Positions 19,575-29,169 are shown, counted from the first letter of the stretch. The stretch is 64,000 nucleotides of DNA from Nanobdellota archaeon (GCA_020053375.1 JAGVNG010000008.1:1587-65586); one strand, 5' to 3'. Notes: generated by a model from the sequence alone, not told the origin. Numbers and translations are program-made.

Positions 19575-21902
19575 TTAACCCAAATAGCTATTACCCATAG
19601 GAATTGACGCCGTTGCTGACTTCAAAAAGTTCTCTTCAACTTTTTTATAAACTTCCAGCACACTCTTGTTTACGCTTGGCTTGACCTTTTTAAGAGCATC
19701 CTCAAAATGAACACGCGTAACCATTTTGGAACTCATAGACTCTCGAAGTGCAATAAGAGCTGCCTCTCTCGCCAGCGCCTCCAAATCAGCTCCCGTATAT
19801 CCTTCTATCTTTTTTGCAATTTCACCAAGCATCTTCTCCCTTTCCTTTTCATCATATAATTTCTTCCCGTCTCCCAATGGCATGTTCTTGGTATGTATCT
19901 TAAGAATCATCATTACTCCTTCCTTCTCTGGCGCATTCACAAGAAGAATCTTATCAAATCTTCCTGGCCGAAGAATAGCAGGATCAAGTATGTCAGGCCT
20001 GTTTGTGGCAGCAATAACCAGAATGTCCTTCAAATCAGTTATTCCATCCATTTCCGCAAGCAACTGATTTAGAACTCTTTCAGTAACCTTAGTTCCCATC
20101 TCCATTCCTCTTTTTCCTGCAAGCGCGTCTATTTCATCAAAGAATATAACACATGGAGCAACTTGCCTAGCCCTCTCGAAAATCTTTCTTACTCCTTCCT
20201 CTGACTTTCCAACCCACATGCTCAAGAGGGAAGGTCCCTTGACTTGTATGAAATTAGCTTCTGACTCTTTTGCAACAGCCTTTGCAAGCAGTGTTTTCCC
20301 TGTTCCAGGAGGCCCGTATAATAAGATTCCTCTTGAGGGCCTTATTCCCATTCTCTCGAAGCTGTCTTTGTATTTCAAAGGCCATTCAACAGCTTCTCGA
20401 AGCTCTTCCTTGACCGTGTCCAACCCTCCAACATCCGCCCATGAAACATTTGGAGTTTCAACAAAAATCTCCCTCATTGCGGAAGGCCTTACAACCTTTA
20501 GCGCGTCCAAAAAGTCCTGATGATGAATAACTAATTTTTCCAAGAACTTAGGAGATATCTGTTCGTCTCCTTCTATTTTCATATCTGGAAGAAGTTTTCT
20601 AAGAACATTAATTGCGGCTTCTTTTGCAAGCGCTTCCAAATCAGCTCCAACAAATCCGTGTGTGATGGAAGCCAATTCCTCAAGCTTGACATCTCTTGTC
20701 AAAGGCATTCCTCTAGTATGAATCTTTAGTATGTTCAATCGTCCTTCCTTATCCGGCACATTTATTTCTATTTCCCTATCAAATCTTCCAGGTCTTCTTA
20801 ATGCAGGATCAATTGCATTTATTCTGTTTGTTGCCCCTATGACTATTACTTTTCCTCTTGATTTCAATCCGTCCATCAGTGTTAAAATCTGGGAAACAAC
20901 TCTTCTCTCAACTTCTCCTGTTACTTCTTCTCTCTTTGGAGCTATGGCATCAAGCTCGTCAATAAATATAATTGCGGGCGCTGTTTTTTCAGCTTCTTCG
21001 AATATGTCCCTAATTTTTTTCTCGCTTTCTCCGTAGAATTTTGACATTATCTCAGGACCATTTAACAAGATAAAGTTTGCATCTGTTTCATTGGCAACAG
21101 CCTTTGCCAACAGTGTTTTCCCTGTTCCAGGAGGGCCATGCAATAAAACTCCCTTTGGAGGCTCTATGCCAAGCCTTTCAAAAATTTCTGGCCTTTTCAA
21201 TGGTATCTCAACCATTTCCCTTACTTTTTTTATTTCATCGCTTAACCCCCCAATATCCTCATAGGTTATCTCGGGAATTTTTTCATCGCTTATTTCAACT
21301 GCTTTGGAGTTCAAAACCAAATCAGTGTTTTCAGTGATTATAACTGGCTGGCTGGGAGTGGAATTTACCACGACAAACTTTATCTGCGTGATTCCGCCAA
21401 AGTGCCCCATATTCATTCCTTCAAAGATGTCACCAAGATTTCCGAAAATATCATTCAAATCCCCAAATTCTTCTGAAATCAAATCCCTTCTTCTCTGCAC
21501 TCCTCCCAACACCACAACATCTCCCTTCATTACGGCTCTTCCCAAAAGTCCTCTTCTAAGGCTTTCAGGATCTGCCTGAACCATTATTCCTTTTTGTGCG
21601 GGCGCTATTGTAACCTTCTTAGCTTCCTTAACTTCCGCCTTCGTAATAGTTACTGTTTCCCCTATAGCTGCTTTCGCGTTTCTCCTCAATATTCCGTCTA
21701 TTCGTATTATTCTCTCGCCGACATCTGCGGGATATGCTCTGTCTGCAATCGCAACAGTTTCTCTGTTTCCTTTTATGATTATTATATCTCCTCTTCTTAT
21801 ATCAAGATCCTTCATCGTTTCAGCATCTATTCTAGCAATTCCCTTGTATGCATCATCCTGCAATGCTTCCACAACCTTTAGCTGAACCTGTTTATTGGTC
21901 AT
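19575..21902 (-). CDS. cdc48: CDC48/VCP-like AAA+ ATPase (tandem D1/D2 AAA domains)
   Basis: Two GPPGTGKT Walker A motifs, two DExD Walker B motifs, N-terminal double-psi barrel-like region, 775 aa. Confidence 0.9.
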   Translation of the reverse strand: MTNKQVQLKVVEALQDDAYKGIARIDAETMKDLDIRRGDIIIIKGNRETVAIADRAYPADVGERIIRIDGILRRNAKAAIGETVTITKAEVKEAKKVTIAPAQKGIMVQADPESLRRGLLGRAVMKGDVVVLGGVQRRRDLISEEFGDLNDIFGNLGDIFEGMNMGHFGGITQIKFVVVNSTPSQPVIITENTDLVLNSKAVEISDEKIPEITYEDIGGLSDEIKKVREMVEIPLKRPEIFERLGIEPPKGVLLHGPPGTGKTLLAKAVANETDANFILLNGPEIMSKFYGESEKKIRDIFEEAEKTAPAIIFIDELDAIAPKREEVTGEVERRVVSQILTLMDGLKSRGKVIVIGATNRINAIDPALRRPGRFDREIEINVPDKEGRLNILKIHTRGMPLTRDVKLEELASITHGFVGADLEALAKEAAINVLRKLLPDMKIEGDEQISPKFLEKLVIHHQDFLDALKVVRPSAMREIFVETPNVSWADVGGLDTVKEELREAVEWPLKYKDSFERMGIRPSRGILLYGPPGTGKTLLAKAVAKESEANFIQVKGPSLLSMWVGKSEEGVRKIFERARQVAPCVIFFDEIDALAGKRGMEMGTKVTERVLNQLLAEMDGITDLKDILVIAATNRPDILDPAILRPGRFDKILLVNAPEKEGVMMILKIHTKNMPLGDGKKLYDEKEREKMLGEIAKKIEGYTGADLEALAREAALIALRESMSSKMVTRVHFEDALKKVKPSVNKSVLEVYKKVEENFLKSATASIPMGNSYLG

Positions 21903-22278
21903 TTTTCTTTTTTATCTCCACATTTCTGTTTCTCTCAACTAGATTATTAAAATTAAGTGAGAGTGTTCCCGCCTCTTCAAAGCACAATCTTACCATGTCA
22001 TCCATTATTTTTTCCTGTTCTCTCATGAATAAGACTATCTCTCTTGGTATGGATACAGCATAACTGTTTCCCACAAGCCTCATCTTAACTCTGAAATCTT
22101 TGTTCTTTAGATTTATAAATTTGTTGTACTCTTCCTCATCTACAGGATGAATAATCTTGTCCTTGCATTTTGGGCATGCCATTGCCCTTAGAATAAATCC
22201 ATTCTTCGCTATGTTCAGCTTTTCCATTTTTGTCTCACATTTATTGCAAAGTATGGTGCTGTCAAATAAGTCTGTCAT
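21892..22278 (-). CDS. zinc-ribbon plus AbrB/SpoVT-like (swapped-hairpin) domain protein
   Basis: CNKC...CPKC ribbon; VKMRLVGNSYAVSIPREIV matches the archaeal AbrB/VapB-type pattern. Confidence 0.4.
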   Translation of the reverse strand: MTDLFDSTILCNKCETKMEKLNIAKNGFILRAMACPKCKDKIIHPVDEEEYNKFINLKNKDFRVKMRLVGNSYAVSIPREIVLFMREQEKIMDDMVRLCFEEAGTLSLNFNNLVERNRNVEIKKKNDQ

Positions 22279-22279
22279 T

Positions 22280-22528
22280 TTAGTTGATTGAAAATTTGCC
22301 TAGGAATTTATAGTTTGGACTTGAATCAACTTGTTTTTTTGGCACTTTACCTTCATAATGTTTTGAAGGCTCTTCCAATATCTCTTTGCTATAATCTCCA
22401 ATGTGACTTCCCCCTTGGGAAAATCTCATAGCCATTTCATACATTCTTGAAAATGTTTGAACAGAATAATTTCTTTGTTCCGATACTTCTCCGTATTTTC
22501 TTTCCTGAACATTTGATCTGTAATCCAT
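22280..22528 (-). CDS. hypothetical protein
   Basis: 82-aa ORF. Confidence 0.3.
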   Translation of the reverse strand: MDYRSNVQERKYGEVSEQRNYSVQTFSRMYEMAMRFSQGGSHIGDYSKEILEEPSKHYEGKVPKKQVDSSPNYKFLGKFSIN

Positions 22529-22539
22529 TTTTTATTTTT

Positions 22540-22690
22540 TTAGTTTAAGCGAAGTAGGTTAGCCGTATCGTGAGATACGGCCGGGTTGAAAGAGGTTAAC
22601 TCGTTTCCCTCATAACGAACGTCGTTGCGGCGTCATTCGGGGGAAAGAGGTTGAATAGGTATATACCTCTCGTATACACCACAAATATAC
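22540..22690. ncRNA. GC-rich putative structured RNA of unknown class
   Basis: About 55% GC island in ~30% GC DNA; hairpins GCCGTATC-GTGA-GATACGGC and AGAGGT...ACCTCT; internal repeat GAAAGAGGTT; no ORF. Confidence 0.3.
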
Positions 22691-22762
22691 ACTTTATAAA
22701 TATTTCTATGTTTTAGGCTTTGCATAAAAATTAATTTCACGTAAAGAAATAATAACTAAAAA

Positions 22763-22948
22763 TTATTCCTCATCCAGTTTGCTGATTATTTGATTTATGT
22801 TTTTTGTAACCTGTCCCATCACTTCTGACTCGTCGGCGTGAGGATGCTCTTCCTTGTATTTCATAGCATAAGAGGCTCCTGCAACAATCGCCATCTTCAG
22901 CATTTCTTTTTTAACCATTTTCTTCAGTCTCCTAAAAAATATTAACAA
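22763..22948 (-). CDS. small hypothetical protein
   Basis: 61-aa ORF, likely real start at the internal Met (MVKKEMLK). Confidence 0.25.
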   Translation of the reverse strand: MLIFFRRLKKMVKKEMLKMAIVAGASYAMKYKEEHPHADESEVMGQVTKNINQIISKLDEE

Positions 22949-23043
22949 TCAGGGTTTAAAATAATTTATATACACAAATAAACCTTTCAAAAAGGTTTCC
23001 AAAAGATAGTACATTTTAAAAACATTAGGCAAGTAATTCCTCA

Positions 23044-23682
23044 ATGGGCATCCAAAAAGAGGAGAAGAGCCTGAAAAGAATATGGAAAAAGTTTTGGTTT
23101 CTTTTATGGAAGGATGACAGTATAAAAGGATGGATATTTTCTGTTATTTTTCTGTTCGTATTTATAAAACTCATTTTCTTTCCTGTTCTCAATCTTGTAA
23201 CTGGAAGCTCTCTGCCTCTGGCAATTGTAGAATCATGCAGCATGTATCATAAAGGAGATGTGGTTTCTAACTTTAGTTTATGGTGGACAAGGCACGAGAA
23301 CAAATATGCACAGTATATAATAAATGACTTAGATTTCAAAGCATTCCCATTAAAAAAAGGGTTCAATAAGGGAGACATACTTTTAATTGTAGGAACGAAA
23401 CCGGAAAAACTGAAGGTAGGAGATATTATTGTTTTTGATGCAGAACAAAGAAACCCAATAATACATAGGATAATAAACATAAGCATTGAGGATGGCAAAT
23501 CTTTCTTTTCAACGATGGGAGATAATAATAACGGCCAGTTGAGCATTGAAAAAAAGATAAGCTCTGACCAGATTATTGGAAAAGCAGGATTCAGATTAGC
23601 TCCCCTTCTCGGATGGGTAAAACTGATATTTTACGATGGGAGCAACCCTCCTTCAGAGAGGGGATTGTGCAATGAAAATTAA
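23044..23682 (+). CDS. signal peptidase I (archaeal Sec11/S26B type)
   Basis: N-terminal TM helix, SCSMYHKGD (catalytic Ser box-like), GDIIVF...IIHRI boxes. Confidence 0.65.
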   Translation: MGIQKEEKSLKRIWKKFWFLLWKDDSIKGWIFSVIFLFVFIKLIFFPVLNLVTGSSLPLAIVESCSMYHKGDVVSNFSLWWTRHENKYAQYIINDLDFKAFPLKKGFNKGDILLIVGTKPEKLKVGDIIVFDAEQRNPIIHRIINISIEDGKSFFSTMGDNNNGQLSIEKKISSDQIIGKAGFRLAPLLGWVKLIFYDGSNPPSERGLCNEN

Positions 23683-23745
23683 AGCCTGAAAATCATTCAA
23701 AAAGGAAACTATTTAAACACGCAGTCCATAAAACCTAAATTAAAA

Positions 23746-24051
23746 ATGGAACAATCAGATTATGAAAGGTATGTAATTCAAGTATTAGAAAATCCAAATT
23801 ATCCCTGGAGAACTGTCACCGGAATAAGCAGTGAACTAAACATACCAGAAAAATTAGTTGGGAAAATATTAGGAAGTAAAAGTTTAGAAAAAAAATTAAT
23901 AAAATATCAAAAAATAGAGGGTGCAGAAATTTTATATACTACTGTAAAACATTACCGAGAAAAACAATCATTTAGAAATAGGATATTAATAAATATAAGT
24001 AGGGGGTTAACAACTGTTTTAGAAGGAATAAAAAATCTTTCAGCAGAATAA
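23746..24051 (+). CDS. hypothetical protein
   Basis: 101-aa ORF. Confidence 0.3.
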   Translation: MEQSDYERYVIQVLENPNYPWRTVTGISSELNIPEKLVGKILGSKSLEKKLIKYQKIEGAEILYTTVKHYREKQSFRNRILINISRGLTTVLEGIKNLSAE

Positions 24052-24063
24052 AAAATAAACAAA

Positions 24064-24372
24064 ATGGAATTTTGTCCAAGATGCGGAGCAGTATTAATAA
24101 AAAAAAAGAAAAATTCTGGCTGCGCGAGATGCAATTATTCATCAAAGGAAAAAATCAAGCTAACTACCTCTGAAAAAACTCCAACAAAAACAGGAGTTGT
24201 GGTTATCTCCTCAAAAGACACGGAAACCCTTCCAGTAGTTGAAGAAAAATGCAGGGTATGTGGAAACGACAAGTCATATTTCTGGACAGTTCAGACGCGT
24301 GCAGGAGATGAAGCAGAAACCAAGTTCTTCAAATGCACAAAATGTAGTAACACCTGGCGGCAGTACAGGTAA
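24064..24372 (+). CDS. tfs: transcription factor S / RNA polymerase subunit M
   Basis: N-terminal FCPRCGAVL ribbon; C-terminal CRVCGNDKSYFWTVQTRAGDEAETKFFKCTKCSNTW TFIIS-type ribbon with acidic hairpin. Confidence 0.75.
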   Translation: MEFCPRCGAVLIKKKKNSGCARCNYSSKEKIKLTTSEKTPTKTGVVVISSKDTETLPVVEEKCRVCGNDKSYFWTVQTRAGDEAETKFFKCTKCSNTWRQYR

Positions 24373-24803
24373 ACCTGGAGACAATACAGGCAATTGATAG
24401 TTTCCAGAACAATAATCAATATAAAGCTAATATTTCTGAAAAATAAATGTCAAGGGATGACAAGGAAACAAGCAAAAGGTTAACAAACCCCTACATTGAA
24501 ATCAGTAGGGATATTAATGGAACAAGTCGGAGTATTGGAATTAACTCTTCCACATTCTCACTCTGTCTTGAACACATGATTCCTGCATTTAGGGATAATG
24601 GACCTATATTTCCAGAAACGGAATTGGGAAGTGAGGTCTATTCAATTTATGGAGTTGTTGGAAGAACAATTCCTGGCTTCGGTTCTCTAAATATAGGAGA
24701 ATCTCCAATTTCAAGAACTTTAATGGGTTATTTAGCAGGCAAGATATTAAGAAAAGACCTTCCAAAAGTGCACAGGCTTTTTAATCCTTCAACATAAAAT
24801 TAA

Positions 24804-25136
24804 TCAGCTCGTTTTTCTTCCTATTCTTTCACTGTGTCCGCACTTGCCGCACTTCAGCAAAATCAAATTATCTTCATCTGAATAGAATATTCCCATGTCA
24901 ATTATTTGCGCCTTGTCATAGCCACATTTTGGACATTTATTTAGATATGTAGCCATAGGATTTCCCTCTTTTGCTACTCCCCTTCCTACTTTTTTCTTTG
25001 GCTCAAGGTTTTCTCTTGTCTTTAATACTTTGAGTTCTTTTGAAAACCCGCATTTGCCGCACTCCCCGTAAAACTTTTCCCCTTCTCTTTTTGGAATAAG
25101 CATATTCCCGCATTTTGGACAGAACTTCAATGCCAT
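24804..25136 (-). CDS. second TFS/RpoM-like paralog
   Basis: FCPKCGNML N-ribbon; CPKCGYDKAQIIDMG...SDEDNLILLKCGKCGHSE C-ribbon. Confidence 0.65.
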   Translation of the reverse strand: MALKFCPKCGNMLIPKREGEKFYGECGKCGFSKELKVLKTRENLEPKKKVGRGVAKEGNPMATYLNKCPKCGYDKAQIIDMGIFYSDEDNLILLKCGKCGHSERIGRKTS

Positions 25137-25200
25137 GAAAAAGGATAATAAATAGCCCTTTAATTAATTTTTTAAACACAGGAAATCATTAATTAGCTGA

Positions 25201-25749
25201 ATGGAATACAAAAAAAAGCAGGGGGTTTTGGAAGAGGTTTCAGAAGTGAGATTTGCAATAGACCAATATGATGATATCTTCTCTGATTTTGATCCTAGAC
25301 CCGATTCGGTAAGGGGTTTTTCAGAGGACTTTCTGTCTGAAGCAGAAAGAGCAGTTATGTCAAAAAATTCAGAAAAAATAAATTTCGTAATCATGATTGA
25401 GAAAGAAAAGAGAAATTTAAAGGAAGAAACAATCGTGAAAAACAGGCTGAAGAAATATTTCGAGAAATATTACGAGATTATGAAAAAGAAAAAAGCTGGT
25501 ATAATTAAAAAAGGTGTTTATTTCATTTTATCTGGAATAATTCTAATGTTCGCCGCAACTTTTTTGTTATTTAATTTCAAACAGGAAAGTCTCTTTACAA
25601 GCTTCTTTACCATTCTTCTAGAACCAGGTGGATGGTTTTTGTTCTGGAAAGGGCTTGAACTTGTACTCTTTGAAGCAAAGGAAGAAACTCCAGATTTGCA
25701 GTTTTATGAAAGAATGGTCAATTCAAATATAAAGTTTGATTCTGCCTGA
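25201..25749 (+). CDS. membrane protein
   Basis: Two adjacent hydrophobic helices in the C-terminal half. Confidence 0.4.
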   Translation: MEYKKKQGVLEEVSEVRFAIDQYDDIFSDFDPRPDSVRGFSEDFLSEAERAVMSKNSEKINFVIMIEKEKRNLKEETIVKNRLKKYFEKYYEIMKKKKAGIIKKGVYFILSGIILMFAATFLLFNFKQESLFTSFFTILLEPGGWFLFWKGLELVLFEAKEETPDLQFYERMVNSNIKFDSA

Positions 25750-25750
25750 T

Positions 25751-25785
25751 AAATGGCCCCGATGACCTTGGGACTAAAGCGTTAC
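25751..25785. repeat. copy 1 of the tRNA-Lys 3'-end core repeat (ATGGCCCCGATG plus a conserved tail)
   Basis: aaatggccccgatgaccttgggactaaagcgttac; the core is identical to tRNA nt 26896-26907. Confidence 0.7.
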
Positions 25786-25792
25786 TTTTTAA

Positions 25793-26083
25793 TCATAAAT
25801 CGTATCTTTTCTTATAGATTTTATCATGATGATCAAAATCAACAAAGAGGATAAAATTTCTGGATATATCAACTTTAAAAACAAGAACAAAACTAGAGTC
25901 TATATGAACTGCTTTAAATTCTTTTAAATCGTGTCTTAAATTCTTATAATGCTGGATAGATGCAGAATCAGAACTAATTATCTGCTTTATTTTTTTATTT
26001 ATAATCTCAGATTTTTTTTTGTCTTTTTTTGCTAATTTCACTATTATTAACTTAAGTTCATCTGTAATAGTAAAATCAAACAT
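25793..26083 (-). CDS. RelE/ParE-family toxin
   Basis: FKAVHIDSSFVLVFKVDISRNFILFVDFDHHDKIYK matches the RelE/ParE C-terminal core. Confidence 0.55.
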   Translation of the reverse strand: MFDFTITDELKLIIVKLAKKDKKKSEIINKKIKQIISSDSASIQHYKNLRHDLKEFKAVHIDSSFVLVFKVDISRNFILFVDFDHHDKIYKKRYDL

Positions 26084-26347
26084 TTAAGCTCCAGATAGTT
26101 TGTCAAGTTCTTGTAAACTCACCTTTTTATAGCCATGTTTCTTAAAATGATTCTTGGACACAGCAATAATTTTTTTTACATATTCCTCTGTTGCCTCTCT
26201 TTCAAGAATATCATGTCCATAAAGTTCAATAAATTTATTCAGCGCCTCTGATTTATCTTTCAACCCATATTTTAATTTTATCATACCCAAAACCCTGTTT
26301 GCATAGTCATTTAATTCAACTCTTGCTGAAATAGTTTCGTTTGTCAT
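26084..26347 (-). CDS. antitoxin (ribbon-helix-helix-like), immediately upstream of the RelE gene
   Basis: ISARVELNDYANRVLGMIKLKYGL...; gene ends where the toxin starts. Confidence 0.5.
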   Translation of the reverse strand: MTNETISARVELNDYANRVLGMIKLKYGLKDKSEALNKFIELYGHDILEREATEEYVKKIIAVSKNHFKKHGYKKVSLQELDKLSGA

Positions 26348-26422
26348 GTGATTTTATGTGTATTTGGTGTGCATTTGAGATGCATCAGGGGTATTTAAGC
26401 TTTTCTTAAATCAAAAGTGCTA

Positions 26423-26456
26423 AATGGCCCCGATGATCTTTAATATAAAGTGATAC
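26423..26456. repeat. copy 2 of the tRNA-Lys 3'-end core repeat
   Basis: aaatggccccgatgatctttaatataaagtgatac. Confidence 0.7.
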
Positions 26457-26468
26457 GGTTGTGAAAAA

Positions 26469-26843
26469 TCAATTCCCGCAAGCAATGCATTCTATTTCAA
26501 TTAATGCCCCTAAAGGCAATTCCTTAACTGCTAAAGCAACTCTTGTGGGGTAGTCTTTTTTGAAGTATTTTTGATAAATTTCATTCATTTTTGAATAATT
26601 TTTCATATCTGTAAGATAAACTCTTACCTTAACTATATTGTTTAAATTCCACCCAATTTCATTAAGAATAGTACTTATTTTTCCCAAAGCATGAAGAGTT
26701 TGGTTTTCTATTCCTTCTGCCAGTTTTCCTGTTCTGGCGTCAATTCCTACCTGTCCAGAAATTTCTAGAGTATATTTATCATCATAAAGGATAGCATCTG
26801 ATATTGGTAAGGAACCTTTATTTTCAATAAACTTTTTTACCAT
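26469..26843 (-). CDS. ridA: RidA/YjgF-family protein
   Basis: VRVYLTDMKNYSKMNEIYQKYF...PTRVALAVKELPLGALIEIECIA typical RidA core. Confidence 0.75.
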   Translation of the reverse strand: MVKKFIENKGSLPISDAILYDDKYTLEISGQVGIDARTGKLAEGIENQTLHALGKISTILNEIGWNLNNIVKVRVYLTDMKNYSKMNEIYQKYFKKDYPTRVALAVKELPLGALIEIECIACGN

Positions 26844-26896
26844 TATTAATTATAGAATAAGACCTATTTATTATTTATGGTATCAAAAAGTTTGGA

Positions 26897-27014
26897 TGGC
26901 CCCGATGGGATTTGAACCCACGACACCTGGATATCTCCTCGTTTGTACAAAGAGGTACAGAACCTAAGTCCTGCGATAAGAGTCCAGTGCTCTACCAGAC
27001 TGAGCTACGGAGCC
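26897..27014 (-). tRNA. tRNA-Lys(CTT) with a 44-nt intron at the canonical 37/38 position
   Basis: GGCTCCG-TA-GCTC-AGTCTGGTA-GAGC-A-CTGGA-CTCTTA[intron]A-TCCAG-GTGTC-GTGGG-TTCAAAT-CCCAT-CGGGGCC-A; acceptor and T stems pair (one G.U each). Confidence 0.75.
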
Positions 27015-27056
27015 TTGTTACTTGGAACGGCCAAGCTCATCTGGTGCTTTAGCCTT

Positions 27057-27078
27057 TACCAGACTGAGCTACGGAGCC
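27057..27078 (-). repeat. perfect 22-nt direct repeat of the tRNA-Lys 5' end (acceptor and D-arm)
   Basis: taccagactgagctacggagcc occurs at 26993-27014 (in the tRNA) and again at 27057-27078. Confidence 0.8.
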
Positions 27079-27184
27079 GTATCTCAGTAAATGTAACTGT
27101 ATTTAAAAGATTATTCTAAAAAGGACTTAAAAAAGTTATCCCCTATGCTTTCATTACTTTCAGGCGAATGAATGAACAAATCTA

Positions 27185-27433
27185 TTAAGATTTGTGCTTA
27201 AAGAATTCAACAGCCCTAAATCTTTTCATAACCTCGGGATAATTTCCCTCTGCTAGTGTTTTTGTCTTTGTTTCATTTAACAGCCTGAAATGATATTTGC
27301 TGACAGAACCCTTAACCTTGTCCTTCCCAGGATATTTCTTCCATCTCTTTTCTTTCCTCAGTTTGTATTGCAATACCATTTTGCCTCTTTTAGTAAACAA
27401 TTTTCCGAGATAATAAAAAGATAATAAAACCAA
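27185..27433 (-). CDS. small basic hypothetical protein
   Basis: Lys/Arg-rich 60-80-aa ORF; start ambiguous (overlaps the upstream ORF). Confidence 0.3.
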   Translation of the reverse strand: MVLLSFYYLGKLFTKRGKMVLQYKLRKEKRWKKYPGKDKVKGSVSKYHFRLLNETKTKTLAEGNYPEVMKRFRAVEFFKHKS

Positions 27434-27704
27434 TTATAATTAAAAATGACGAGATTAACGAAATTATTACAAAGCCCTTTTTTTCATATTCGCTTAGGAA
27501 TATTATAGAAACTATAATATTAAAAATTGCTAAAAGAGGTAAGAAATAAATAAGAAGAACAGTGAGATTTTCACCTAAAGAAATATCAATTATTCCAATT
27601 AACATAATTAAAAATATTAAAAGCAAAATAACCATTAACCAAAAAGAGAATCTTATTGAATACCAAACAAATCCTTTTTTATCTACCTCTTCATTAATCA
27701 TCAT
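27390..27704 (-). CDS. small membrane protein
   Basis: Three hydrophobic helices. Confidence 0.3.
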   Translation of the reverse strand: MMINEEVDKKGFVWYSIRFSFWLMVILLLIFLIMLIGIIDISLGENLTVLLIYFLPLLAIFNIIVSIIFLSEYEKKGFVIISLISSFLIIIGFIIFLLSRKIVY

Positions 27705-27800
27705 ATAATATATTCAAGAATATATTTAAATTTTACTGAATGCTAATTCAAGCCTTCTTCAAATCCAAGGCCATTCGGGGCGAGAGTAAAATTTCCTGTT

Positions 27801-28067
27801 TTATCTAATCAAAGTCTGTATATTATCAATGGCATCTGCGACATTTCTGCCTTTCTTGGTCAGTCTGATCAATTTTATTCGCCCCTTTTTCTCAAACTCA
27901 ACCAGACCCAATTCTTCAAGCGTCTGCAGAATCTTTACTGCATGGCTATATGTGCAGTCTACTTCCTTAGCCAGAATACTCCCATACCTTATTCTAACAT
28001 TCTTTTTCAAAGACACCAGCATTAGAGCCGGCTTTCTCCTGAAAAAGATATCAAAGTTGTCTTTCAT
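27801..28067 (-). CDS. winged-helix DNA-binding protein
   Basis: YSHAVKILQTLEELGLVEFEKKGRIKLIRLTKKG: HTH plus wing. Confidence 0.5.
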   Translation of the reverse strand: MKDNFDIFFRRKPALMLVSLKKNVRIRYGSILAKEVDCTYSHAVKILQTLEELGLVEFEKKGRIKLIRLTKKGRNVADAIDNIQTLIR

Positions 28068-28134
28068 TGTAGGTGATTGTATATATCCTTTTAATATGGA
28101 TATCTTAATGTATATATCCAGAAAATATCTTCCT

Positions 28135-28227
28135 TTTAAATCTTTTGGAAGATAGTTCCTAAAAAGTTTATTGAGACTTTATCGATTTAAATCTTTTGGA
28201 AGATAGTTCCTAAAAAGTTTATTGAGA
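28135..28227. repeat. two perfect 42-nt tandem copies (period 51 nt) in the divergent promoter region
   Basis: tttaaatcttttggaagatagttcctaaaaagtttattgaga at 28135-28176 and 28186-28227. Confidence 0.85.
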
Positions 28228-28276
28228 ATTTTTTGCTTGTCAGAATATTTATTAATAGACGTATCTATAAAATTTT

Positions 28277-28906
28277 GTGAAAGAAAAAATACCAACCAGA
28301 AAAACAAAGATATTGGCGATCGGAGACATACACGGTGACACCGGGCTTGTCAAAAAGCTTGCCGAAAAGGCGCAAAAAGAAAATGTTGATATTGTGATAC
28401 TTGCAGGAGACTTAACTTTTGCAGAAATGTCAGTCAAAGATCTTATAGGGCCTTTTGCTAAGGCAAAAAAAGATGTTTTGCTTATTCCGGGAAATCATGA
28501 ATCAGCTTCCACAATAAACTTCCTTGCAGAAATGTACAAGCCATATGCAAAAAATCTTCATGGATATTCATTCAAAAGAGGAAACCTCGGAATCTTTGGT
28601 TCAGGAGGAACGGACATAGGAATTCATTGGATGCCTGATGCGGAAATCTTCAATCTTTTGCAAAAAGGGCATAATGAAATAAAAGATATGCACAAAAAGA
28701 TAATGATTACACATATGCACCCCCTCGGAAGCAAAGCAGAAGAATTTGGATTTAAGGGCTCAAAAGCAATAACAAAGGCAGTGTATAAATTCAAGCCAGA
28801 TGTGCTAATAACCTCGCATATACATGAAGCTTCAGGGCTTGAGGAAAACTTTGGGAAGACAAGAGTGATAAATGTAAGCAGAAAAGAAAAGGTGTTTGAG
28901 ATATAA
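28277..28906 (+). CDS. calcineurin-like metallophosphoesterase
   Basis: ILAIGDIHGD, ILAGDLT, GNHE motifs. Confidence 0.75.
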   Translation: MKEKIPTRKTKILAIGDIHGDTGLVKKLAEKAQKENVDIVILAGDLTFAEMSVKDLIGPFAKAKKDVLLIPGNHESASTINFLAEMYKPYAKNLHGYSFKRGNLGIFGSGGTDIGIHWMPDAEIFNLLQKGHNEIKDMHKKIMITHMHPLGSKAEEFGFKGSKAITKAVYKFKPDVLITSHIHEASGLEENFGKTRVINVSRKEKVFEI

Positions 28907-28908
28907 AT

Positions 28909-29169
28909 TTAATCTCCTTCGTTTTCCTCAGAAGCACTACCAATATTATGAGGTTTTGTATCTCTAATTCTTATTCTAAGAAGTTCTCCTGCCAGTTTTG
29001 AATCCTCTTTAGGCAATTTTTCATTGGACAAAGAATCTAAGGCTTTGCAAAAAACCATATAACGACTAAAAGAATCCCTTGAATGAAAAGCCTTCAATTC
29101 AATTTTCCCTATATAATCACATAATTTAGATGAATATTCTACTCCCATACAAAACATAATTTTAACCAA
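28909..29169 (-). CDS. hypothetical protein
   Basis: 86-aa ORF. Confidence 0.3.
   Translation of the reverse strand: MVKIMFCMGVEYSSKLCDYIGKIELKAFHSRDSFSRYMVFCKALDSLSNEKLPKEDSKLAGELLRIRIRDTKPHNIGSASEENEGD

Noticed and set aside
19726-21881. Several 86-113-aa plus-strand ORFs inside the CDC48 gene
   Set aside because: They are antisense to a well-supported 775-aa AAA ATPase gene and have Ser/Leu/Phe-rich composition characteristic of shadow ORFs.
22540-22690. Tried to fold the GC-rich island as a tRNA or 5S rRNA
   Set aside because: No acceptor/T-arm cloverleaf and no convincing 5S helix I/loop C arrangement. Left as an unclassified ncRNA candidate.
24447-24797. 116-aa plus-strand ORF between the two TFS genes
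   Set aside because: It has no motifs, sits between convergent genes, and could equally be untranslated 3' region. Kept out of the feature list.
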